Part shown: positions 27,901 through 37,104 of the stretch, in pieces
How the letters are laid out: the number at the start of each line of letters is the position of its first letter
Position numbering within the stretch: the first letter of the stretch is position 1
NCBI GenBank assembly: GCA_963790025.1
Contig: CAWBMP010000005.1
Coordinates: 32,001 to 96,000 of the forward strand
Length of the DNA: 64,000 bases
DNA from: Nitrospirota bacterium
GTDB taxonomy: Bacteria > Nitrospirota > Thermodesulfovibrionia > Thermodesulfovibrionales > Dissulfurispiraceae
Reading direction: 5' to 3'
Position numbers and translations under genes: made by a program
Notes under the pieces: model-generated
Databases searched by the model: none
What the model was told of the DNA's origin: nothing
What the model saw: the letters and a program-made list of their open reading frames with translations, nothing else

Positions 27901-29367
27901 CCTTAGCTCCCAGCGGATCCAGTCTGTGTGACCATCTGCCCGAACCCATGGGTCTGCCTCGTTTCTCTCTACAGAACCGGCAAGAACCCTGCGATGAATA
28001 GCCTTCCACCGATCTGGGATATCCGGAAAAATGTCGTAGTGACTTCGTCCGATAATATTCTGTTCTTTAATGCCATATTCCCTGAACCAGCGGCTGCTAG
28101 TGGCAAGATATTTCATATCGCTGTCAAACATTGCGATTGCGGCAGGGGCATGTTCAATGAAAAGTCGTAATTTGTTTTCACTCTCCAAAAGTGCCTGCTC
28201 TGCCAGCTTGCGCTCGGTGATGTCCGCGAGGAAGGAGTAGTAATACAACGGTTTTCCGTCTTGGTCGGTTACAAGATGGACTAGCAATTCAATTGGCACT
28301 CGGGAGCCATCCTTCCTGATGTACTCCTTTTCATATCGTACCGGTTTACCAGTACGCTGTAGTTCCTCAAGCTTATGCCTCTCAAATTCCTGCCATTCAG
28401 GCGGAGTGAGAACCCTTGCCCAGTCCATTGACTTTAGCTCATGTTCGGAATATCCGGTGAGCTGTTCAAACGATTTATTGAAAAGCCCCAGACGACCATC
28501 CGGAAATCCCTGACCGAAGGGCTGGGATGAGCTCTGGAGAATGTTCGCAAGAAAATCATTCTGTTGTTTGCTCTCCCGTAACGCCTCCTCACCCACCTTG
28601 CGCTCTGAGATGTCCATGACCACGCCGAGCATGCGGTTGGCTTTGCCATCGCTATGGAGAAAAAAAACACCCTTGGTCTCCACCCAGTGCAGGCTACCAT
28701 CGGGCCAGATAATCCGATACTGTACCTCAAGCGGACTGTGATCCTGCATGCAACGGCGTGACTTCTCTTCGAAGAGCTGCAGATCCTCTGGATGTATTCG
28801 ATCAGTCCATCTGCTAACGTCGTGTTCCGTAGTAGTAGTAGGGGCGTAGCCGAAAATTGCCTCTTGAGTCTGCGACCAAAGTATGCTGTTCCTGGTGAGG
28901 TTCCAGTCAAACATTCCGATCTGGGTAGCGCTGACCGCAAGGGCAAGTCGTTCCTCGCTCCCGCGCAGGGCCACTTCACGGTCGTAAGCCGCAGCCTTAC
29001 TCCTGTAGCGACGAGTAAACTCGGCAACTAAGCTGATGAATAAACCGAAACTGGAGAACAACACTATCCCCACGCGGTCTACGGGGGATGCAATAAAAAA
29101 CTGTCCGGTCGGAGGCAAAAGCCAGTAGTCCACTAAAACGCTCGCAAATGCTGTAGCTACCAATCCAGACCAGAAACCATACAATAAAGCCACCACCATA
29201 ACTGCCGGATAGAAAGTTATGTAGGTTGGCAATCCGGGGCCGATCCAAGTTGTCAGCGCTAGCCGCAATACCATCGCCACCACTACCGCCACGATCGCCA
29301 GGATGAAGCTGAACACCCAACCCAGTGGCGTCTCTGGCCGTGTCTCAGGATGTGTTTTATTATTCAT
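24963..29367 (-). pseudogene. Frameshifted multi-PAS/GAF histidine kinase (about 1467 aa if repaired); split into ORFs 25642-29367 and 24963-25727
   Basis: GAG GCT T CTC AGG CAA at about 25695: removing one T gives EAEEALRQINAELEQRV, continuing to the SVSHDLRAPL H-box and NLLENAWKF/DNGAGF/GTGIGLA; could be a sequencing error. Confidence 0.8.
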
Positions 29368-29809
29368 TGCGCCTTCTCAAAATCGAGACGAAATAGTGCA
29401 GCAGATGACCGATGACGCACAAATCATTGCCCTGCTTCTTCAAATCAATAATCCGCACCTAAATATCTCGTACCCATCTTTTTAGATAATTCCCCCCTCC
29501 CGCATTTGTATCAAGTTATTCAGACGTTATATTGATAATACTTAATATTTTGTTAAAAAACCACCGTTTTTCAATAAAAATCATAATCACGCGTCAAGAA
29601 CGAATAGAAGTCCGAGTTTTCTGTTTGTTCTGAGAATTCAGTGAATGAGGGTTGTTCAATTCTGGTAGCACCCCGCATTCAACATATTCAGGAAATTGCT
29701 GTCGCTCTCGGTTACAGGAAGAAGTAAATGAATAAGCTAAGGACAGTTTGGGAACACTATTTCTTTACATAATATCTGGTTATCTCATTGATAGTAATGG
29801 AAAGAAAAA

Positions 29810-29893
29810 TGCCGAAGGCGGGACTCGAACCCGCACAGCCTTGCGACCACTAGACCCTGAACCTAGCGCGTCTGCCAGTTCCGCCACTTCGGC
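29810..29893 (-). tRNA. tRNA-Leu(CAG), 3' CCA not encoded
   Basis: GCCGAAG/CTTCGGC acceptor stem, D-arm GGCGGAACTGGCAGACGC, anticodon arm CTAGG-TTCAGGG-TCTAG, long variable arm, GGTTCGAGTCC T-loop. Confidence 0.97.
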
Positions 29894-29906
29894 TATATTG
29901 CTTTCT

Positions 29907-29915
29907 ATTATAGCA
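29907..29915 (-). promoter_or_regulatory. Extended -10 (TGCTATAAT) for the tRNA-Leu gene
   Basis: TGnTATAAT ending 13 nt upstream of the mature tRNA 5' end. Confidence 0.6.
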
Positions 29916-30010
29916 GGTGCAGCATGTTTTTATAAATGCTTAGCGAATTATTATGTGTTAAAATATTAACCGGCTGGCACTGTTATCAAATGGATGAGGT
30001 AAGGAGATTT

Positions 30011-31702
30011 ATGGAAACACCGGCACCGGTTTCTAATTTTATTCGCTCTATTGTTGCTGAAGACATGAAGACAGGAAAGTTTGGCGGACGGCTTATGACA
30101 CGTTTTCCACCTGAGCCTAACGGATACCTGCATATAGGACATGCCAAATCTATCTGCCTTAATTTCGGCCTTGCTGAAGAGTTCGGCGGCGTCTGCAATT
30201 TTCGTTTTGACGATACGAATCCGAGCAAGGAGGAGGTCGAATATGTTGAATCAATAGAGGCGGATGTCCGCTGGCTCGGGTTTGACTGGGGCGACCGGCT
30301 CTACTATGCATCGGACTATTTCCACAAACTCTATGAATATGCAGTGCAGCTCACCAAAAAGGGCAAGGCATATGTGTGCGACTTGAGTGCTGAACAAATC
30401 AGGGAATACCGTGGCACGCTGACAGCACCGGGCAAGGATAGTCCTTACCGCAATCGTTCCGTTGAGGAAAATCTGGACCTTTTGGAGCGTATGAGGGCGG
30501 GTGAATTTGAGGACGGTTCGAGGGTGTTGAGGTCAAAGATCGACATGGCTTCGGGTAATATCAATATGAGAGACCCTGTAATGTACAGGATAAAGAAGGA
30601 ATCGCATCACAGGACAGGCGATGAGTGGTGTATTTACCCTATGTACGACTTTGCGCACGGTCTTTCCGATTCCATTGAAGGTATTACCCACTCTATCTGT
30701 ACTATGGAGTATGAAGACCACCGTCCCCTTTATGACTGGTATATAGATGAACTGGATGTTTATCATCCGCAGCAGATCGAGTTTGCACGCCTCAATCTGA
30801 GTCATACTGTGCTTAGTAAAAGAAGGCTGCTGAAGCTGGTGAATGAACACTACGTGAGCGGTTGGGATGATCCCCGCATGCCTACACTCGCAGGCATACG
30901 CAGGCGCGGTTATACGCCGGAAGCAATACGGAATTTTTGCGAACGCATAGGTGTGGGTAAAAAGGAGAGTACGGTTGATATGGCGTTGCTCGAATATTGC
31001 TTACGGGAGGACTTAAACAAACGGGTCCCGCGTGCAATGGCGGTATTGCGTCCGCTCAAAGTGGTCATTGACAATTACCCCGAAGGCCAGGTGGAGTATC
31101 TCGATGCGGTGAACAATCCGGAAGACGCCGCTGCCGGAACACGTCAGATTCCCTTTAGCCGTGAGGTCTATATCGAGCGTGATGATTTTATGGAAGACCC
31201 GCCGAAAAAGTTTTTCCGCCTTGCGCCAGGCCGTGAAGTACGGTTGCGGTATGCATATTTTATCACTTGCGTGGGTTCTGTCAGAAACGAGCGAACAGGC
31301 GAGGTTGACGAGCTTCATTGCACGTACGATCCGGCTACCCGCGGCGGCGATGCCCCTGACGGACGCAAAGTCAAAGCGACTCTGCACTGGGTTTCCGCCC
31401 CGCATTCCTTTGAAGCCGAGGTGCGCCTCTACGATACACTCTTCACAAAACAGAACCCTAATGACGCGGAAGAGGGCAAGGACTTTACCGATTACTTAAA
31501 TCCCAGGTCGCTGGAGGTGCTCAAGTCTTGCCGCATGGAACCGGGACTGGGAAGCGCCACAGCGGGCAGTATGTGTCAGTTTGAGAGAATGGGTTATTTC
31601 TGCGTTGATTCCGTGGATTCCACTCCTGGAAAGCCGGTATTTAACCGGACTGTTACCCTCAAGGATGAATGGGCCAAGATACAAAAAATAAGTAAAAAGT
31701 AA
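30011..31702 (+). CDS. glnS: Glutamine--tRNA ligase
   Basis: [66 protein letters not shown] before ATG 30011. Confidence 0.96.
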   Translation: METPAPVSNFIRSIVAEDMKTGKFGGRLMTRFPPEPNGYLHIGHAKSICLNFGLAEEFGGVCNFRFDDTNPSKEEVEYVESIEADVRWLGFDWGDRLYYASDYFHKLYEYAVQLTKKGKAYVCDLSAEQIREYRGTLTAPGKDSPYRNRSVEENLDLLERMRAGEFEDGSRVLRSKIDMASGNINMRDPVMYRIKKESHHRTGDEWCIYPMYDFAHGLSDSIEGITHSICTMEYEDHRPLYDWYIDELDVYHPQQIEFARLNLSHTVLSKRRLLKLVNEHYVSGWDDPRMPTLAGIRRRGYTPEAIRNFCERIGVGKKESTVDMALLEYCLREDLNKRVPRAMAVLRPLKVVIDNYPEGQVEYLDAVNNPEDAAAGTRQIPFSREVYIERDDFMEDPPKKFFRLAPGREVRLRYAYFITCVGSVRNERTGEVDELHCTYDPATRGGDAPDGRKVKATLHWVSAPHSFEAEVRLYDTLFTKQNPNDAEEGKDFTDYLNPRSLEVLKSCRMEPGLGSATAGSMCQFERMGYFCVDSVDSTPGKPVFNRTVTLKDEWAKIQKISKK

Positions 31703-31770
31703 AAAGTTCAAAGCGAAAAAAGAAAATAGGGTCTGTTTTGTCTTTACTTTTTACTTCTCACTTTTTACTT
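31690..31770. repeat. Inverted arrays of 7-bp units, (AAGTAAA)n ... (TTTACTT)n
   Basis: aagtaaa aagtaaa aagttca aagcgaa ... tttactt tttactt ctcactt tttactt; contains the glnS stop codon. Confidence 0.7.
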
Positions 31771-31839
31771 TTCTTCGCGTGTTGACAGTAACACTTTGAC
31801 TCTGTTATTTTTAACCATTGTCGTATATTCCGACAATTT

Positions 31840-32427
31840 ATGAAATTTTCACTTACACAATTATTTCCCCGATTTTTCAGGGGACCTTGCAGCAGGAGAG
31901 TGTTACTCCAGACCTCTCTTGTGGGAATGGTTTCTTTTCTATGTAAACCCGCTTTTGCGTCGCTGACTGCCGGGGATATTCCTGAAGGCAGGTTGTCGTT
32001 GTATAACATTCATACCAAAGAGAGCCTGAATATTACTTATCGCAATTCATCAGGCAAGTATGTTCCTGAAGCCCTGAACGAGCTGGACCGGTTCTTCCGT
32101 TGTCATTATACCGGACAGGTGAAGGAAATGGATATCGTAACAATCGAATCCCTGAACCTGGTCGGGAAGATATTGGGAGGGAACCGCGAGATCCACGTCA
32201 TATCCGGTTTCAGGTCCCCAGAGTATAATAATTTATTGATAAGCGAAGGAAGAGGGGTTGCGAAACACAGCATGCATCTCCTGGGAAAGGCGATCGATTT
32301 TGCAATTCCCCAGGTGGCGCTTCTGAAGGTGAGGGACGTCGCCCTTAGCCTCGGACGCGGTGGCGTCGGATATTATCCAAAGTCGGATTTCGTCCATATA
32401 GATTCCGGAAGAGTCAGATACTGGTAA
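31840..32427 (+). CDS. DUF882 / YcbK (MepK-like) peptidase M15 family protein with Tat-like signal
   Basis: SRRVLL, LYNIHTKE, ISGFRSPEYN, VAKHSMHLLGKAID, GGVGYYP...FVHIDSG.VR.W. Confidence 0.9.
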   Translation: MKFSLTQLFPRFFRGPCSRRVLLQTSLVGMVSFLCKPAFASLTAGDIPEGRLSLYNIHTKESLNITYRNSSGKYVPEALNELDRFFRCHYTGQVKEMDIVTIESLNLVGKILGGNREIHVISGFRSPEYNNLLISEGRGVAKHSMHLLGKAIDFAIPQVALLKVRDVALSLGRGGVGYYPKSDFVHIDSGRVRYW

Positions 32428-32439
32428 CCGTCTGATATT

Positions 32440-32489
32440 AGTGTCAGTGTTTAGGGTCATACAATGATTCCTTAACTGACGCTGACACT
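32440..32489. repeat. Hairpin built from hexamer units (AGTGTC/GACACT)
   Basis: AGTGTCAGTGT ... ACGCTGACACT (10/11 complementary), with a further CTGAC unit. Confidence 0.55.
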
Positions 32490-32504
32490 GCATTATTCCC
32501 CATA

Positions 32505-32558
32505 TTGACAATGTCCGCGGCACTGCTATAAAGTATCCGGATGTTAGTAAGTGCTTAC
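32505..32558 (+). promoter_or_regulatory. Sigma70 promoter and putative TetR operator
   Basis: TTGACA (32505) - 16 nt - TATAAA with TG extension; palindrome GTAAG-TG-CTTAC at 32547-32558. Confidence 0.65.
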
Positions 32559-32595
32559 ATCGCTATCAGATGGAACCGCAGGGGGCAAGGAAGAT

Positions 32596-33201
32596 TTGTG
32601 CATACAACAGGCTGAAGAACTGAACCCGACAAGGGAGAAAATACTTGAAACTGCATTGAGACTGTTTTCCAAAGAGGGCTATCTCGGCGCGACTACGCGC
32701 GAGATTGCCAGAGAGGCCGGTGTCGCAGAGGTTACCCTCTTCCGGTATTTTCCTTCAAAGGAAAGGCTTTTTGAGGAAACGATAAAAACCAATTCCTTTC
32801 TGCCCGAGCTGAGAGGGCTTTTGCCCGAAATCATGGAAATGCCTTATGAGCGCGCTTTGGCGGTAATTGCAAAGAAGTTCATCGAGACGCTTGTACTCAG
32901 GAAGGACATTATCAAGATCATGCAAGCGGAAATGCAGCGTTATCCGGAAAAAATCCATAAGATATTCCATGCATTCAGCGATGAGATATATAATGTGATA
33001 GCGTCATATTTTTCCGCGATGCAGAAGAAAGGTGTGTTGAGGGAGTTCGATACAGAGTTTGCCGCCAGGGCCTTTTTCGGCATGTTCTTTTCTTATTTCA
33101 ACGCAGAGGAATTCTTCATGCGCAAAAAATACAGGACGGTTGAGCTCGATGCCACGATCAGTGCGTATGTGGATATCTTTGCGAGAGGGACATGGAAATG
33201 A
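32596..33201 (+). CDS. TetR/AcrR family transcriptional regulator
   Basis: TREKILETALRLFSKEGY.GATTREIAREAGVAEVTLFRYFPSKE; start (TTG 32596) uncertain. Confidence 0.93.
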   Translation: MCIQQAEELNPTREKILETALRLFSKEGYLGATTREIAREAGVAEVTLFRYFPSKERLFEETIKTNSFLPELRGLLPEIMEMPYERALAVIAKKFIETLVLRKDIIKIMQAEMQRYPEKIHKIFHAFSDEIYNVIASYFSAMQKKGVLREFDTEFAARAFFGMFFSYFNAEEFFMRKKYRTVELDATISAYVDIFARGTWK

Positions 33202-34547
33202 TTGAGTTAAAAGGCACAGAATTCTGCAAAATGGGAATTATAGTTTTGCTGCTTTTTTTCCTCTTCGGGATGCTGCTGCCGTCCCTTTGCCGGGCGGAAG
33301 AAAACCCGGCGATACTGACTCTTAGTGACGGTCTTAAAATTGCCACGGAGAAGAGCCGGCTGATAAAGATAGCGTCGCGCGGCAGGGACGTTTCATCTGC
33401 GGATGTTTCGATTGCGAGATCACTGTATCTGCCGACCGTCAATGCCTCATTGAGCCAGACATTTCTTGCCAACCAGACCATAGCTATCTTCGGGCCCCTG
33501 TTGGTGCCCGAGGCGAACAAAAGTCCTCTCTCTTACGGTTTTGATGTGCAGCAGGTGCTGTATGACTTCGGCTTGCGGTCATCGCGCTACGAGGCTGCTT
33601 CTACTGCCCTGGATACGGCGGAGCTGAACATTGATAGAGTGAAGAACATCGTGGCCCTTGATTTCATTATCGCCTACTTTGACCTCCTCGAAACGGAAAA
33701 GATGGCATTGGTCGGAGAGCGTGAGGTCGAGAGGCTGACATCGCATCTGGAAACTGCGCAGAGCCTTTACAGAGAAGGAGTCATTACCAGGAACGACCTC
33801 CTGCAGGCGGAGGTCCGGCTTTCCGATGCACAGCAGCGCTATTTAACAACAACGAACATGAGGACCATCAATGCCGCCAGGCTCAATAATATTTTGTCCA
33901 GGTCCTTGAAAAATCCGGTGCAGGTTACCGATGCAGCCCGTGAGCCCCGCTGCGAGACCGGCCTTGACAGCGCATGGGAAGTTGCCGAGAACTTACGCAT
34001 TGAGCTTAAAACCATGGACCGTGCATTAAAGATCAACGATCTGGAGAAGGCTGCCAGGCGGTCTGAATACTTCCCTAAAATTTTTGCCGATGGCGGGTAT
34101 AATTTTACCGACAACCGCTATCTGCTCCACGATGACAACTGGTCGCTTATCTTGGGTTTGAACATTAATATATTCAGTGGCGGAAGCACAAAGGCAGAGA
34201 TAGCGAAAATCGACTACCAAAGAGAGCAGATTTTAGAGCAGCGGCAGAAGCTTGTTGACGACATAAAGCTCGATGTCGAAAAAAGTTATTTTGACATGAA
34301 AAACGCTGACGAACGTATCAAGGTGACCAGGGATGCAATAGAGCAGGGTGAAGAGAACCTCAAGATCAACAAGGTGCGGTACCGTGAGGGGATCGGCACG
34401 TCGACAGACGTGCTTGACGCGATAACATTGCTCACAACCGCTGAAACCAATTATTACCGTGCGGTATACGAATACAGGCGGGCGCAGGGGACATTTATGT
34501 ATGCAATGGGACTAGATCTGGCTTCGGAATACCGGGAGGACAAATAA
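33198..34547 (+). CDS. TolC family outer membrane efflux protein (1)
   Basis: Signal peptide, LYREGVITRNDLLQAEV, RYREGIGTSTDVLDA. Confidence 0.9.
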   Translation: MIELKGTEFCKMGIIVLLLFFLFGMLLPSLCRAEENPAILTLSDGLKIATEKSRLIKIASRGRDVSSADVSIARSLYLPTVNASLSQTFLANQTIAIFGPLLVPEANKSPLSYGFDVQQVLYDFGLRSSRYEAASTALDTAELNIDRVKNIVALDFIIAYFDLLETEKMALVGEREVERLTSHLETAQSLYREGVITRNDLLQAEVRLSDAQQRYLTTTNMRTINAARLNNILSRSLKNPVQVTDAAREPRCETGLDSAWEVAENLRIELKTMDRALKINDLEKAARRSEYFPKIFADGGYNFTDNRYLLHDDNWSLILGLNINIFSGGSTKAEIAKIDYQREQILEQRQKLVDDIKLDVEKSYFDMKNADERIKVTRDAIEQGEENLKINKVRYREGIGTSTDVLDAITLLTTAETNYYRAVYEYRRAQGTFMYAMGLDLASEYREDK

Positions 34548-35875
34548 TGAAAAAAAGAAGTAAATTGCAGTATGCCGTTATTATTTGTATTGCCGCAGTC
34601 CTGGTATGGGTCCAGTGTCCTGAGAAGTCTTTCAGCGCGCAGGAAGAGGAAATCATCAAGGCAGGCGAGGTGCTAAGCCTGGACCGCTGTATTCAAATCG
34701 CGCTTCTTAAGCAGCCTTCTATTCTTGCCGCTTTTTATACCGTGGAGGTGAACCGCAGCAGAATCGGCGAGGCACAATCAAATTATTACCCGCAGATAGG
34801 GGCCTCAGGCGGCTATACCAGGATCAAGCCGATATTTGAAACTGTGAGTGGCGGTTTTATAAACAGCCCGTCGGCCTTCGACCAGTACACCAGCAGCCTT
34901 ACGCTCTCACAGAATATATATGATTTTGGAAAGACCTCTTCCCAGGTGAAAATCCAGAAATTCAATTTTGATTCAGCCGGCTCCGACCTCGAGACCAGTA
35001 AAGAGCAGATAGTCTTAAACGTCAGGCAGACGTATTACAGCGTAATTCAGGCTGCCAGAAACAGGGCGGTAGCCGAGGAAGCGGTAGGGCAATACCAGCA
35101 GCACCTCGAGCAGTCCCGCGGTTTTTATGAAGTCGGCACCAAACCGAGATATGATGTAATAACGGCAGAGGTAAATTTGAGCAATGCCAAACTGAACTTA
35201 ATAACGGCGGATAATGCTCTCAAAATAGCGCGGGTGAACCTGAACAACGCCATTGGGGTTTCCAATGCCCCCGCATACACTATCGAGGATACGCTCACCT
35301 TTAACAAATACGAGATAACGCTCGATGGCGCGCTTTCCAGGGCGATGGCGAACAGACCGGATATTCAATCGCTGGTTTTGCGCAGGAAGGCGGCTGAAGA
35401 AAACGTTTCTTTTGCAAGGACCGGATACTATCCGGCATTGACCGGCAACGCCGCCTATAATTGGGAGGGAACAAGGCTTCCCCTTGAAAGCGGGTGGAAT
35501 GCAGGCATTGCGATAACGGTCCCCATTTTCAGCGGTTTTCTTACCAAACATCAGGTTGCCGAGGCCGAGTCGAATTTGAATGTGGCGCTTGCCAATGAGG
35601 CGGTGGTCAGGCAGAATGTTGTGCTTGACGTCCAGCAGTCATATCTTAACCTGAAGCAGGCAGAGGACAGTATTGCTACTGCCGGTCTGGCGGTCCAACA
35701 GGCCACTGAGAACCTCGATATTGCGAACGGACGTTATGCAGCGGGAGTGGGAAATCCTATCGAAGTTACGGATGCCCAGGTAACATACAGCAACGCAAAA
35801 TTGGCATATATCCAGGCCCTCACCAATTATAATGTTGCCCATGCAAGCCTGTTGAAAGCAATGGGGGAACGATGA
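34547..35875 (+). CDS. TolC family outer membrane efflux protein (2)
   Basis: Signal peptide, FYEVGTKPRYDV, RYAAGVGNPIEVTDAQ. Confidence 0.9.
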   Translation: MKKRSKLQYAVIICIAAVLVWVQCPEKSFSAQEEEIIKAGEVLSLDRCIQIALLKQPSILAAFYTVEVNRSRIGEAQSNYYPQIGASGGYTRIKPIFETVSGGFINSPSAFDQYTSSLTLSQNIYDFGKTSSQVKIQKFNFDSAGSDLETSKEQIVLNVRQTYYSVIQAARNRAVAEEAVGQYQQHLEQSRGFYEVGTKPRYDVITAEVNLSNAKLNLITADNALKIARVNLNNAIGVSNAPAYTIEDTLTFNKYEITLDGALSRAMANRPDIQSLVLRRKAAEENVSFARTGYYPALTGNAAYNWEGTRLPLESGWNAGIAITVPIFSGFLTKHQVAEAESNLNVALANEAVVRQNVVLDVQQSYLNLKQAEDSIATAGLAVQQATENLDIANGRYAAGVGNPIEVTDAQVTYSNAKLAYIQALTNYNVAHASLLKAMGER

Positions 35876-37104
35876 CCAGACAAACCACGGAGAACGCAGA
35901 GAAAATGATTAATTTAAGAAAACAAAACTTGGAACGCGGAATACACAGAGAAGAATCTCTGTGCTCTCTAAGGTTTAATTCTTTCAACACAAAGAGAAAA
36001 ATCTCTGTGTGCTCCGTGGTTCTTGTTTTTTTCATTCTTGCTTCCTGCTCTTCGGGGACAAAAGAAAAGCCGGCGCCGCCCAAGGTGCCCGTCCTTGCGG
36101 GTTTTGCTGTCCAAAAGGATGTCCCTGTGCAACTGACCACCATAGGCAATGTGGAAGCCTATTCAACCGTTGAAGTCAATTCCCGTATAGGAGGACAGCT
36201 TGTTCGCGTTCATTTTAAAGAGGGCCAGGATGTCAATAAGGGAGATATCCTTTTTACTATAGATCCGCGTCCTTACGAGGCTGCGCTGGGGCAGGCGGAA
36301 GCAAATCTGGGAAGGGACACGGCGCAGTTGAATAATGCCCGTCAACAGGAGCGGCGCTATGAGGAACTGGTAAAAAAGGGCTATGTGGCACAGGCCGATT
36401 ATGATCAGATGCGCACCAATGCAGATGCGCTTGAGGCTACGGTCAAGGCTGATAAGGCTGCCGCCGAAAATGCCCGGCTCCAGTTGATATACTGTTTCAT
36501 TTACTCCCCCATCACGGGACGCACGGGGAACCTGCTCGTTCACCAGGGCAGCATGATCAAAGAGAATGATAAAACCATAGTCACGATCAACCAGATACAG
36601 CCGGTTTATGTGAGTTTTAACCTGCCCGAGCAAAGCCTGCCGGATGTCAAAAAATACTCGGCCTTAGGCGAGCTGAAAGTGAATGTCTCTTTTCCTCAGA
36701 ATGCAGGGCCTACGCTGCAGGGAGAACTGACCTTTATAGATAATGCGGTAGACAAGACGACAGGGACGATACGTCTCAAAGCTACCTTCGCAAACAGCGA
36801 CAGGCGCCTCTGGCCCGGACAGTTTGTCAATGTCGTATTAAATCTCACGACGCGGCACAACGCTGTTGTGGTGCCTTCTCAGGCGATTCAGACCGGACAG
36901 CAGGGACAGTACGTATTTGTTATCAGGCGTGATGGGACAGTTGAAATGCGTCCTGTTGCAGCGGGCATGACTTCCGGAAGTGAAGCCGTTGTCGATAAGG
37001 GTGTTGTTTCCGGCGAGCAGGTGGTTACCGACGGGCAACTCCGTCTCGTTCCAGGGGCAAAAGTTGAAGTCAATAAATCAGCTGAGCGCAAAAGACCGCT
37101 ATAA
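35872..37104 (+). CDS. RND efflux periplasmic adaptor lipoprotein (MdtA-like)
   Basis: ATGA coupling to tolC2, lipobox LASC, FKEGQDV..GD.LF.IDPRPY, IDNAVD.TTGTIRLKA.F.N, LWPGQFV. Confidence 0.92.
   Translation: MTRQTTENAEKMINLRKQNLERGIHREESLCSLRFNSFNTKRKISVCSVVLVFFILASCSSGTKEKPAPPKVPVLAGFAVQKDVPVQLTTIGNVEAYSTVEVNSRIGGQLVRVHFKEGQDVNKGDILFTIDPRPYEAALGQAEANLGRDTAQLNNARQQERRYEELVKKGYVAQADYDQMRTNADALEATVKADKAAAENARLQLIYCFIYSPITGRTGNLLVHQGSMIKENDKTIVTINQIQPVYVSFNLPEQSLPDVKKYSALGELKVNVSFPQNAGPTLQGELTFIDNAVDKTTGTIRLKATFANSDRRLWPGQFVNVVLNLTTRHNAVVVPSQAIQTGQQGQYVFVIRRDGTVEMRPVAAGMTSGSEAVVDKGVVSGEQVVTDGQLRLVPGAKVEVNKSAERKRPL
35883..36021. repeat. Nested palindromic element (CACAGAG/CTCTGTG family) inside the adaptor CDS
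   Basis: AACCACGGAGAACGCAGAGA (35883-35902) and TCTCTGTGTGCTCCGTGGTT (36002-36021) are 18/20 complementary; inner hairpin CACAGAGA-agaa-TCTCTGTG. Confidence 0.8.

Noticed and set aside
29810..29893. Integrative element att site at tRNA-Leu
   Set aside because: No integrase and no convincing duplicated tRNA 3' end; a 9-nt CGCCTTCGG near 42979 is on the opposite strand and likely chance
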